Part shown: one piece after another, positions 19,743 through 28,863 of the stretch
Layout: each line of letters opens with the position of its first letter
Position numbering within the stretch: position 1 is the stretch's first letter
Origin: Rhodospirillaceae bacterium MC!
GTDB taxonomy: Bacteria; Pseudomonadota; Alphaproteobacteria; MC1
Assembly: GCA_002632265.1 (NCBI GenBank)
Contig: NQOV01000001.1
Location: forward strand, 1,579-65,578
Direction: 5' to 3'
DNA: 64,000 bases
Program-made: the position numbers and the translations under genes
Notes under the pieces: model-generated
Databases searched by the model: none
What the model was told of the DNA's origin: nothing
The model's input: only the letters and a program-made list of their open reading frames with translations

Positions 19743-21050
19743 ATGAAAGAAGAACTCATGGATAAAATTATTGTTAAAGGCGGGCAAACCTTAGAGGGTA
19801 AAATCAAAATTAGCGGAGCGAAAAATGCCTCGTTGCCTTTGTTGTGCTGTCCGTTATTAACTAATGATAAGGTAACTTTTACCAATGTGCCAGAGTTGGG
19901 CGATATTAGAAATATCAATTTATTATTAGAATGTTTAGGTGTGGAAGTTACCCAGTTGGATTCTGCTAAAAATGCAGGCAACTTAGGGCATGCTTTTTCC
20001 TTTGAAACTAAAGAAGATAAGCACAATGCTCCCTATGAGCTAGTGAGTAAAATGCGAGCGTCTATTTTAGTTTTAGGGCCGTTACTTGCGAGAATAGGTC
20101 AGGCTCGTGTATCTTTGCCTGGTGGGTGTGCCATTGGGGCGAGACCTGTGGATCTGCATATTAAATCTATGGAGGCCTTAGGAGCAGAAATAGAATTGGA
20201 TAACGGATACCTAATCGCCAAAGCTCCCAACGGTTTAAAAGGGAATAAAATTACCTTTCCTTTTCCCTCTGTTGGAGCTACAGAGAACGCTATCATGGCA
20301 GCAACATTGGCAGAGGGCGAAACAATCATCAATAACGCAGCTCAAGAGCCTGAAATTATAGATCTTGGAAATTGTCTTGTATCTATGGGAGCGAAAATTA
20401 AGGGGATCGGCACAAGTAAAATTACGATTAATGGTGTGAAAAAACTTCATGGATGTGAACATAGAGTGTTATCTGATCGTATAGAAACAGGAACATATGC
20501 CATTGCAGCAGCCATTACAGGTGGGGAAATTCTGTTGGAAAATACATCATATGGATTGTTAGAAAGCACTTTTGAGACTCTTAAAAAGTGTAATATCGAT
20601 ATAATACAAACGGATGAAGGTCTTTTAGTTAGCGGAAGAAAAAAGCTTATTGCTCAAAATATTATTACCGAACCACAACCAGGTTTTCCCACAGATATGC
20701 AGGCACAATATATGGCCTTAATGCTAAAAGTAAACGGCGTAGCCACCATTAAGGAACAAATTTTCGAAAATAGATTCATGCACGTTCCAGAGTTTGTCCG
20801 CATGGGAGCGAATATTTCACTCTTGGGTAATACGGCGATTGTTACAGGTGGCGTACAGTTAAAAGGGGCTAAAGTTATGGCTACTGATCTTCGTGCGTCC
20901 GTATCTTTAGTATTGGCAGGATTGATCGCCGATGGTGAAACTATCGTAACTGATGTACATCATCTAGATAGGGGCTACGCAAATTTAGAAGACAGATTGT
21001 CTTCATGTGGAGCTATTATTAAACGAGTAAAAGATACTTGTCAAAAGTAA
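19743..21050 (+). CDS. murA: UDP-N-acetylglucosamine 1-carboxyvinyltransferase
   Basis: MDKIIVKGG...GAKNASLPLL is the classic MurA N-terminus. The catalytic Cys context is LPGGCAIGARPVDLH. An alternative start at 19758 is possible. Confidence 0.92.
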   Translation: MKEELMDKIIVKGGQTLEGKIKISGAKNASLPLLCCPLLTNDKVTFTNVPELGDIRNINLLLECLGVEVTQLDSAKNAGNLGHAFSFETKEDKHNAPYELVSKMRASILVLGPLLARIGQARVSLPGGCAIGARPVDLHIKSMEALGAEIELDNGYLIAKAPNGLKGNKITFPFPSVGATENAIMAATLAEGETIINNAAQEPEIIDLGNCLVSMGAKIKGIGTSKITINGVKKLHGCEHRVLSDRIETGTYAIAAAITGGEILLENTSYGLLESTFETLKKCNIDIIQTDEGLLVSGRKKLIAQNIITEPQPGFPTDMQAQYMALMLKVNGVATIKEQIFENRFMHVPEFVRMGANISLLGNTAIVTGGVQLKGAKVMATDLRASVSLVLAGLIADGETIVTDVHHLDRGYANLEDRLSSCGAIIKRVKDTCQK

Positions 21051-21081
21051 ATACTATTTTAAATGGAACACTTAAAAGATA

Positions 21082-21708
21082 ATGACTCAAGAACTTATTC
21101 TAGCCTCACAATCGCCACAACGTAAAGATCTACTTATACAAGCTGGTCTTGAATTTAAAATTATTCCTGCGAACATCGATGAAAGCTTGAATAAAAAGGA
21201 AAAAGCTACTGCATATGTTAAGCGTATGGCCTTGGAAAAAGCTCAAAAGGTCTATCATAATCTTCATAATGATACTGATAATGATGATAAAATCTGTGAG
21301 AATACTTATATTGTTTCGGCTGATACTGTGATCGCTACAGGGCATGGTATTTTCGCCAAACCCACAGATAGAGAAGACGCAAGAAAAATGCTTACTTTCT
21401 TAAGTGGTAGATCTCATACAGTCCGTACGGGCATATGTGTTATATCGCCCACAGGGGAGATTGTGAATAGGGAAGTATCAAGCAAGGTAAAGTTTAAACA
21501 CTTAAACAAAGGCGAGATCATAGAGTACTTAAATACCAACCAATGGCAAGGAAAAGCAGGAGCTTATGCCATTCAATCCCAAGCAAGTTTTTTTATACGT
21601 CAAATTATTGGGAGTTATAGTAATATAGTTGGTTTGCCGTTACATGAATTATATAATATCCTTAAAGGTTTAGGATATAAAGGTTTTTTTCCACCAAGTA
21701 TTAAATAA
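21082..21708 (+). CDS. maf: Maf-like nucleoside triphosphate pyrophosphatase
   Basis: LILASQSPQRKDLL N-terminus, AGAYAIQ and VGLPL motifs. Confidence 0.85.
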   Translation: MTQELILASQSPQRKDLLIQAGLEFKIIPANIDESLNKKEKATAYVKRMALEKAQKVYHNLHNDTDNDDKICENTYIVSADTVIATGHGIFAKPTDREDARKMLTFLSGRSHTVRTGICVISPTGEIVNREVSSKVKFKHLNKGEIIEYLNTNQWQGKAGAYAIQSQASFFIRQIIGSYSNIVGLPLHELYNILKGLGYKGFFPPSIK

Positions 21709-21750
21709 AAAAAGATCACATTCTTTAAGGAAAAGAATGTGATCTTTTTT
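21708..21750. terminator. Bidirectional rho-independent terminator between maf and rpsI
   Basis: aaaagatcacattcttt-aagg-aaaagaatgtgatctttttt, with A/T runs on both sides. Confidence 0.8.
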
Positions 21751-21808
21751 AAGCTTAAGTAAAGGGAGAGAGAAATAAGAATTCTCTCTAGCTTTATCTT
21801 TACAACAA

Positions 21809-22258
21809 TTAACGTTTCGAGAATTGGAATGAACGACGAGCTTTGCGACGACCATATTTTTTACGTTCTACAACACGAGAATCACGAGTTAGGAAACCCG
21901 CTTTTTTAAGGGCAGGACGTAAAGCAGGATCAAATAAATTTAATGCTTTTGAGATACCGTGTCTGATAGCTCCAGCTTGACCCGATAAGCCACCACCAAC
22001 AACAGTAGCGAAAACATCAAATTGATCTTTTGTTTCTGTTTCAATAAAAGGTTGTAATGTTACCATTTGTAAAACAGGACGGCGGAAATAAGCAGTCATA
22101 TCCTTACCGTTGATCACAATTTTACCTGTACCAGCTTTAATCCATACACGTGCTATAGCGTTTTTACGCTTACCAGTAGCATAAGAACGACCAAGTTTAT
22201 CTTTAACAGGTTCTCTTGGAGTTTCAACAGCTACTAAAGCTTCTTGTAAATCACTCAT
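21809..22258 (-). CDS. rpsI: 30S ribosomal protein S9
   Basis: The C-terminal ...[17 protein letters not shown] is the S9 signature. Confidence 0.95.
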   Translation of the reverse strand: MSDLQEALVAVETPREPVKDKLGRSYATGKRKNAIARVWIKAGTGKIVINGKDMTAYFRRPVLQMVTLQPFIETETKDQFDVFATVVGGGLSGQAGAIRHGISKALNLFDPALRPALKKAGFLTRDSRVVERKKYGRRKARRSFQFSKR

Positions 22259-22276
22259 AATTTAAAAACTCCTAAA

Positions 22277-22756
22277 TTAGCGTTTATTTTTTGGGTTCAT
22301 ACTTGCAACATCCAACACTAGAGGTTTTTGCCCCTCATGTGGATGTTCTGTACCAGCATAAACATGTAATTTTTTCATTTGAGTACGACCTAATGTGTTA
22401 CGAGATATCATGCGTTCTACCGCTTTGATTAAAACACGTTCAGGATAAGCACCCTCTAAAACTTGGCGAGCAGTACGGAATTTAATTCCGCCCACATAAC
22501 CTGTGTGCCAATAGTAACGTTTTTGAGCGTGTTTACGACCCGTTAAACGTACTTTTTCAGCATTGATAACCACCACATGATCTCCACAATCTTGGTTGGG
22601 AGTGAAAATGGGCTTATGTTTACCACGTAGACGCATAGCGATGATGGAAGCTAAACGACCTAAAGTAAGACCTTCAGCATCAATTATTAACCAATCACGC
22701 TTGATATCCGATGGCTTAGCAGAATAAGTTGTCATTATTTTATACCTATTATTCAT
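22277..22756 (-). CDS. rplM: 50S ribosomal protein L13
   Basis: Typical L13 sequence ([16 protein letters not shown]..., YYWHTGY). It sits directly upstream of rpsI. Confidence 0.95.
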   Translation of the reverse strand: MNNRYKIMTTYSAKPSDIKRDWLIIDAEGLTLGRLASIIAMRLRGKHKPIFTPNQDCGDHVVVINAEKVRLTGRKHAQKRYYWHTGYVGGIKFRTARQVLEGAYPERVLIKAVERMISRNTLGRTQMKKLHVYAGTEHPHEGQKPLVLDVASMNPKNKR

Positions 22757-22865
22757 ATAAGATTTGAATCAAACAAAAATATACCTAAAAAACTTTTTAG
22801 GTTTTGTAACTTATGATGATAATATATTATAATTAACGTTATGTCAAGCACTTTTATTTACGCTA

Positions 22866-22921
22866 AAACAAGCACTTAGATATATGGTATTATAATACCA
22901 TATATCTAAGTGCTTGTTTTT
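22866..22921. repeat. Perfect 56-bp palindrome (28-bp arms) followed by a T-run, about 18 bp upstream of the putative rplM -35
   Basis: aaaacaagcacttagatatatggtatta|taataccatatatctaagtgcttgtttt then ttcttattctt. Its role is unclear. It could be a terminator insulating rplM from upstream minus-strand transcription, or an operator. Confidence 0.5.
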
Positions 22922-23062
22922 TCTTATTCTTCGTTTGTTAAGGATTCGCTATTGACTTTATTTCTTTTGAAATGTATACTATTTTCATTTTACATAAGGA
23001 AACATATCACATGACAGATAAAAAATCGCCTGAATATCTAAAAGAAAACCATATCATTCAAG

Positions 23063-24016
23063 ATGATGAAGAGTATAAAGGGGCTTATCCCACTTGATAG
23101 ATCTTTAAAGGTAACATCAGACATCAATTTTCTCAATAACAAATTTCCCATATGGAATTTTAATTTGAACATATTAATGCTCATTCTTGTTATTGGCGTA
23201 TTGCTAACTGCACTAGTGTTGTATGTTTTTCCTGAATATCTTATTATATTATTTGCACATGGATTCCATATGGTATTAGCATTGGAGTTCATACGTTTAA
23301 AAAGTGCAAAAAAGATAATAAATACATATATTAAGAATTCTCATTTTTTTGTAACATCCCATAAAATATATTTTAATTACAATCTAAATAATTCGCCACC
23401 CTTTAAATGTACAAATATAGTTATAAAAAATATTCTTTTTGGAATTTTTTTAGTATTAGTCTTTGCAATTCTAGACGTATATACAGTAATGCTCAATGCA
23501 AAGATCACTTATCATGGTAATGATATCATAGGGAAAGTTATAGAGGATATAGCAACATACACATCACACATATCGCACTTATATGAAATGTTAGATGAAG
23601 TTTTGAAAAATCCTGTAGTGATTCTTGCAGGCATTACAGTATCTGGAATTATAAGTATGATTTTGACTATAAGAAAGATTTTTAAGGAATACAATTATTA
23701 TTATAGTCAAAACACATATTTTAGTTCTCCCCTTAATGGTCCGTATGTATCTTATAATATGGATGATTTACTAAAAATCAACATTCTACATATAACCGTA
23801 TATTATGAGAAATACAGAAAATTTGGTACGATTACTAAAACCCACACTACGCATTTATACGATTTAAAATTCACATTTGCTGATGCAATATATATAATCC
23901 CTAAAGTAGATCCTAAATTTATAGAGCAAATAAAACTATGTGGTATGTTTAAAGCTGATATAATTGGCGAAACTGAATATAAAGATGACGGTGCATTGTT
24001 ACATGGCGGGAGGTGA
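23063..24016 (+). CDS. Hypothetical multi-pass membrane protein in an AT-rich islet. A possible frameshifted start lies at 23010
   Basis: At least four predicted TM segments. The composition is very AT-rich (Asn/Ile/Lys/Tyr-rich product). A 28-codon ORF with a strong RBS (aaggaaac) starts at 23010. It ends at 23096 in another frame and overlaps this ORF's 5' end. Confidence 0.45.
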   Translation: MMKSIKGLIPLDRSLKVTSDINFLNNKFPIWNFNLNILMLILVIGVLLTALVLYVFPEYLIILFAHGFHMVLALEFIRLKSAKKIINTYIKNSHFFVTSHKIYFNYNLNNSPPFKCTNIVIKNILFGIFLVLVFAILDVYTVMLNAKITYHGNDIIGKVIEDIATYTSHISHLYEMLDEVLKNPVVILAGITVSGIISMILTIRKIFKEYNYYYSQNTYFSSPLNGPYVSYNMDDLLKINILHITVYYEKYRKFGTITKTHTTHLYDLKFTFADAIYIIPKVDPKFIEQIKLCGMFKADIIGETEYKDDGALLHGGR

Positions 24017-24029
24017 AAAAGCCCTAGTT

Positions 24030-24120
24030 TAGCTTAAGGGGTGTGAAAAATACACCCATACATAAGTATGCCTTAAGAGATTTGGATGAGAGCCTTGGAT
24101 GAGTGCTTTTTCACATCCCT
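24030..24120. repeat. Palindromic intergenic element with terminal inverted repeats, wedged exactly between two convergent stop codons
   Basis: ggggtgtgaaaaatacaccc ... gagtgctttttcacatccc. These ends are reverse complements (consensus GGGRTGTGAAAAAGCACTC). Confidence 0.6.
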
Positions 24121-24648
24121 TTAGCTTATGAATAGTTCATCATCGGTATGTTCTCGGATGATATCTTCGAGCCAAATAATGCGAGATTGTAGGATCTCGT
24201 GTTCTTCTTTGTAATGTTCGTAATCTTTATGTTGATCGAGCCACATAAGGCGGTCATATACTATGTCTTTGTATCTTTTACCGCTTATTATCTTATTTTC
24301 GTTATCTAGAACATGGAAAAATTTATAATGGATTGAAAGTTCGATCCAAAATTCGTCGTTTCCGCTATTATCTGTATAGGTGGGTAGGGAATTGTTAAGG
24401 AAGTTCATAAGATAATCTTCACCAACTGGAGAAAGGTGGAGTTTTTCTATGTCGTTGGTTATGGTGCTGAAAACTAATTCTTGCTTTTTTATGAGTTCTA
24501 GGATGTTGATATCTTTAAAGTGGGGGAGTTTTCGTCCTATTAGTTGGAAGATCTTAAATATGGCTAGCTCGATGTGAGAAGATTCCATGGCGGTATCTTC
24601 TAGCAGGCCGCAGGCTACTACAGAAATTAAATGCTCGGTTTTTAACAT
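24121..24648 (-). CDS. Hypothetical protein (175 aa), translationally coupled to hemA
   Basis: Its ATG overlaps the hemA stop (ATGTTAA, 7-nt overlap). I recognised no domain. It is acidic and helical. Confidence 0.5.
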   Translation of the reverse strand: MLKTEHLISVVACGLLEDTAMESSHIELAIFKIFQLIGRKLPHFKDINILELIKKQELVFSTITNDIEKLHLSPVGEDYLMNFLNNSLPTYTDNSGNDEFWIELSIHYKFFHVLDNENKIISGKRYKDIVYDRLMWLDQHKDYEHYKEEHEILQSRIIWLEDIIREHTDDELFIS

Positions 24649-25841
24649 ATATCATCCCAAATAAGTTTATAATCGTGGACTAGTTTTTCTATCATTTCAT
24701 CCGTATGTAAGGGAGTAGGAGCGAAACGTAATCTCTCTTCGCCCTTTGCTACGGTAGGATAATTGATAGGTTGGACGTAATGGCCATTACGTGCCATTAG
24801 CTCATCGGCTAATTTTCTTGCTAGAAATGGATCTCGAATCATCACAGGGACAATATGAGAAACAGACGGCAATAATTCTACACCGATTTTCTTGAATTCA
24901 TCCTTAAGCTTTTGAGCTTGCTTTTGATGTGCGGTTCGTAATTCCTTATGATCCATTAAATATGTTACTGACGCTATACATCCGCTGGCGATAATTGGGG
25001 GCATGGATGTGGAAAATATAAAGGCGTTACCGAATGATCTCACACATTCGACAACTTCCGAATCTCCTGCAATAAATCCACCTACTAAGCCGACACCTTT
25101 GGCAAATGTTCCTTGAATAATGGTTAGGCGATCCCTTACATTATCACGTTCACAAATCCCGCTCCCTGTTTCGCCATACATTCCTACGGCGTGGACTTCA
25201 TCAATATACGTCATGGCTTGATATTTATCAGCAAGATCGCATATTTCTTTTATGGGAGCGATATCGCCATCCATGGAATATACGGACTCAAAGGCGATTA
25301 ACTTGGGTTTATCTAGGGGATAGCTTTTAAGAACTCGTTCGAGATCTTCCATATTGTTATGTTTAAAGATAGTTTTTTCCGAGCGTCCTGCCTTAATGCC
25401 TTCTATCATGGAATTATGGTTCTTTTCATCGCTAATAATTACGATATCCTGAAAGACTTTAGCAAAGGAAGACAGAGCCGCTAAGTTTGCGGTATATCCT
25501 GATGTAAAGGTTAAAGCTGATTCTCGCTTGTACCATGTGGCCACTAACTTTTCTAGCTCTATATGATAATGGTTAGTACCTGAAATGTTGCGAGTACCAC
25601 CTGCACCGCCTCCACATTCGTCTAAAGCCTTGTGCATGGCTTGTAATACTACCGAGTTCTGCCCCATGCCCATGTAATCGTTGGCACACCAACTTATTAC
25701 TTCTACGATAGAGCCGTCATCTTTATACATATCGGCTTTTGGGAATTTTCCTACCTTGCGTTTAAGATCGGCAAATATGCGGAAATTTCCGTCTGCTTTT
25801 AATGTTTTTATTTTTTCTTTAAAAAAGTTATTGTAATTCAT
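24642..25841 (-). CDS. hemA: 5-aminolevulinate synthase
   Basis: WCANDYMGMGQ, GGTRNISGT and the PLP-lysine region (...FSTSMPP...) closely match alphaproteobacterial ALAS. Confidence 0.92.
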   Translation of the reverse strand: MNYNNFFKEKIKTLKADGNFRIFADLKRKVGKFPKADMYKDDGSIVEVISWCANDYMGMGQNSVVLQAMHKALDECGGGAGGTRNISGTNHYHIELEKLVATWYKRESALTFTSGYTANLAALSSFAKVFQDIVIISDEKNHNSMIEGIKAGRSEKTIFKHNNMEDLERVLKSYPLDKPKLIAFESVYSMDGDIAPIKEICDLADKYQAMTYIDEVHAVGMYGETGSGICERDNVRDRLTIIQGTFAKGVGLVGGFIAGDSEVVECVRSFGNAFIFSTSMPPIIASGCIASVTYLMDHKELRTAHQKQAQKLKDEFKKIGVELLPSVSHIVPVMIRDPFLARKLADELMARNGHYVQPINYPTVAKGEERLRFAPTPLHTDEMIEKLVHDYKLIWDDIC

Positions 25842-25986
25842 GCTTAATACCTTTAATATATTTAGTGAAAGGATGTGAAAAGGTTAATATATATCTTAAC
25901 TCATTTTTACATTCCTTTATTGATATGAATCTATTATAGCATAATATAATAAAATTGCAACGGCTTAAAAAATACAAAGAATAATC

Positions 25987-27075
25987 ATGAACCATAATTC
26001 CAACATTTCCGCTAAAAATATCGTCTGGGTAATTACAGACGCAAGACCAGGGAATAACTCGCAGGTATATGGAATTGCTAAATTTCTTGGGGAAAGTTAT
26101 AAAGAGATCAATATATCTTATAATAAGTTGGTAAAATTACCGAATCTATTCTTGGGTAGTTCCTTAAAAGCTATTGATCGCACATCTAAAAAGCTCATAG
26201 GCGAGATGTTACAAGATGTAATCCATAAGAAAACGCCAGCTCCTAACTATGTCATCAGTGCAGGGCGGAGATCGGCTTGTGTTTCATCTTATATGAAAAA
26301 GTATCTTATGGAACATCTTAATGAGCGTGATAATGATAGCGATAATGATAGAGATCATGATGGCGAGAAGAATTATAGAGTAAAGAACTGTCATATTATG
26401 CACCCTAATCTAAGCTTTAAGCTCTTCGATTTAGTTGTGTTGTTTACTCATGATAACAATCCCCATAGTAATGATGAGAATGTGATTGAGGTTGTATCTT
26501 CGCCAAATATCATAACGGATGATGTTATGGCAGAATATAAAGACCTATGGCAAGAAAAATTTAAGGAGTATGATAAGCCTATCATTGGGGTTCTCATGGG
26601 GGGATCAACCAAAAGCCAAGAATTTAGCTTGCAAGATGTTATCAATTTAGCTAATAAGTTAAATCAAGAGGCGGAACGTCTTAAGGCGAGCGTCTTAATT
26701 ACCACATCACGCCGAACTCCGAAAGAGGCCATTAGTATCTTTAATAAGCACATAAGCCAACCTAAATACATATACGAATGGACGCCAAGCAATCATGAGG
26801 AAAATCCTTACAAGGGAATTCTTGCCTTAAGTGATTATCTGGTAGTTACTGGAGATTCTATTTCCATGTGTTCGGAAGCTTGTGGCACTCAAGCAAAGGG
26901 AGTATATATATATTCAAGTAGTAATATATCTTCCCAAAAACATATGAGAATGCACAAGAATATCTTTGAAAAGGATCTGGCACGGGATTTTATGGATAAT
27001 CAGTTAGAATATTGGGAACGTTCCATGTATAATAGTTCCTTAGAAATAGCTAATAAGTTACGTGGGGCGGGTTAA
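25987..27075 (+). CDS. ELM1/GtrOC1-family putative glycosyltransferase (Mito_fiss_Elm1-like) with an Asp/Asn-rich insertion
   Basis: The N-terminal VWVITDARPGNNSQVYGIAKFLG is the hallmark of this family. The insertion reads ERDNDSDNDRDHDGEKNY. Confidence 0.6.
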   Translation: MNHNSNISAKNIVWVITDARPGNNSQVYGIAKFLGESYKEINISYNKLVKLPNLFLGSSLKAIDRTSKKLIGEMLQDVIHKKTPAPNYVISAGRRSACVSSYMKKYLMEHLNERDNDSDNDRDHDGEKNYRVKNCHIMHPNLSFKLFDLVVLFTHDNNPHSNDENVIEVVSSPNIITDDVMAEYKDLWQEKFKEYDKPIIGVLMGGSTKSQEFSLQDVINLANKLNQEAERLKASVLITTSRRTPKEAISIFNKHISQPKYIYEWTPSNHEENPYKGILALSDYLVVTGDSISMCSEACGTQAKGVYIYSSSNISSQKHMRMHKNIFEKDLARDFMDNQLEYWERSMYNSSLEIANKLRGAG

Positions 27076-27136
27076 AGATCGTAATATGTACCTTTTTTTA
27101 TACCTTTTCCCACCATTAAATCAAGGAGATAATAAC

Positions 27137-27730
27137 ATGAATACTAATAACAATCACAATAACAATAACAACCAACTTCCGCTTATAGTTGGGATATCAG
27201 GAGCGAGCGGGGCGATTTACGGTGTTAGATTGTTGGAAATTCTGCAAAAGTTAAATATTGATAGTCATTTAGTTATCAGCGAAAGCGGAGAGCGTACTAT
27301 CAAGAGCGAAACGCCATATGATATCTCATACGTCCATTCGCTAGCAAGTGAGATTCACGATATCCATAACATCGGAGCAAGTATAGCGAGTGGATCATTT
27401 AAAACACAAGGAATGATCATTGCCCCATGTTCTATCACGACATTATCTGCCGTGGCAAATAGTTTTAATCATAATCTTTTAATACGTGCAAGTGATGTAT
27501 GCTTAAAAGAAAAGCGTAATCTCTTGATGATGATACGAGAAACCCCACTACATCAAGGACATTTGGAACTTATGGCCAAGGTTGCATCCTATGGAGCAAC
27601 TATCATACCGCCAGTACCTGCCTTTTATCATCTGCCTAAAACAATTGACGATGTGATCAATCATACCATAGGAAAATGTTTAGATCAATTGAAGATTGAG
27701 CATAATATTTATCAAGAATGGCAAGGTTAA
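27137..27730 (+). CDS. ubiX: Flavin prenyltransferase UbiX, with an Asn-rich N-terminal extension
   Basis: PLIVGISGASGAIYGVRLLEIL and ...IAPCSITTLSAVANSF... motifs. Start chosen at 27137 after the perfect RBS aaggagat. It is preceded by NTNNNHNNNNNQ. Confidence 0.85.
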   Translation: MNTNNNHNNNNNQLPLIVGISGASGAIYGVRLLEILQKLNIDSHLVISESGERTIKSETPYDISYVHSLASEIHDIHNIGASIASGSFKTQGMIIAPCSITTLSAVANSFNHNLLIRASDVCLKEKRNLLMMIRETPLHQGHLELMAKVASYGATIIPPVPAFYHLPKTIDDVINHTIGKCLDQLKIEHNIYQEWQG

Positions 27731-27978
27731 AGTTAGTTTTTTCACAGCACTTAATATTATACTTGACATTATAAAATCATCCTTTTGTATGATGATAGCC
27801 AACTTATTTACTATAACATCAAAAAAAAATAATTTAAAAAATGCTATAAATTTAAAGTAGTTATGAAAAATTAGTTTGGTATACAATTTATTAATCTTGA
27901 TTTTTGTTTTCTTATTATGTATAATCTTAAAAGTATTGGTTATATGAATGTAATTTTTTTAGTAGGAGGGAAATACCT

Positions 27979-28677
27979 ATGGCTAGCGATAAAAATAAAG
28001 ACGGTTCTGCAAATGACAACCCTAAATATGAACAAATAGCAAAAGAAATTGCTTTAAAAATATTTAATAATGAGTTTGATACCAAAGAACCATTACCAAA
28101 CGAACAGGAAATGCAAAAAATGTTCGATGTGGGTAGAAGTACCATTCGTGATAGCATCAAACATCTGAAATCTAAGGGAATCATTGTAACAAAAACAAAG
28201 ATAGGAACAACCATATGCCCTATAAATGATTGGAATTATCTCGACGCTCAATTAATCGAGTGGATTATGGAATCTCCACTTAAAGATAAAGTGCAAGCTC
28301 ACTTTTTAGTATTAAGAAAGCTGATAGAACCTGAAGTCTCATCTCTTTCGGCGGTACTCTTGTCTGATGATCAATTAACCGAGCTATCTGAAGTATGGAA
28401 GCTAATGGAAGAGATCGAAAAGGATTTCGATCATGCCAAATGGGTGGAAAATGATTTAAAATTCCATGAGATCATATATAATGGCTCAAGTAACTTGCTA
28501 TTTATTTCATTTTTCAAAATTTATAAGGTGATATGGTTTAGTACTCTCTCGCAGGCCTCAAACTATGGCGACACTTGTTATATGCACCATAGAGCCATTT
28601 ATAATGCTCTTATGGAACGAGATCCAAGAAAAGCAAAAAATTCAAGCATTATGCACTTGGAACATTCTACTTTATAA
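27979..28677 (+). CDS. GntR-family transcriptional regulator (FadR/FCD subfamily)
   Basis: An N-terminal winged HTH (GRSTIRDSIKHLKSKGII) and a C-terminal all-helical FCD-like domain. Confidence 0.75.
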   Translation: MASDKNKDGSANDNPKYEQIAKEIALKIFNNEFDTKEPLPNEQEMQKMFDVGRSTIRDSIKHLKSKGIIVTKTKIGTTICPINDWNYLDAQLIEWIMESPLKDKVQAHFLVLRKLIEPEVSSLSAVLLSDDQLTELSEVWKLMEEIEKDFDHAKWVENDLKFHEIIYNGSSNLLFISFFKIYKVIWFSTLSQASNYGDTCYMHHRAIYNALMERDPRKAKNSSIMHLEHSTL

Positions 28678-28863
28678 GTGGAAAATGAGCGTTATATAGT
28701 AATTTATATAACGCTATTTTTTTATCTTTAATTTACAAATATATAATCCTTGACAATCCCTTAAAAAGATATTATATTTACATAGAATGAAAATAAGATA
28801 AACATAAACATAAACATAAACATATGGTGTTTATGGGCTAAAAACTTAAGGATATTTGCTATA

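Noticed and set aside
23038-23292. Minus-strand 84-aa ORF upstream of rplM
   Set aside because: It overlaps the better-supported plus-strand membrane-protein gene and the palindrome region. It has no RBS.
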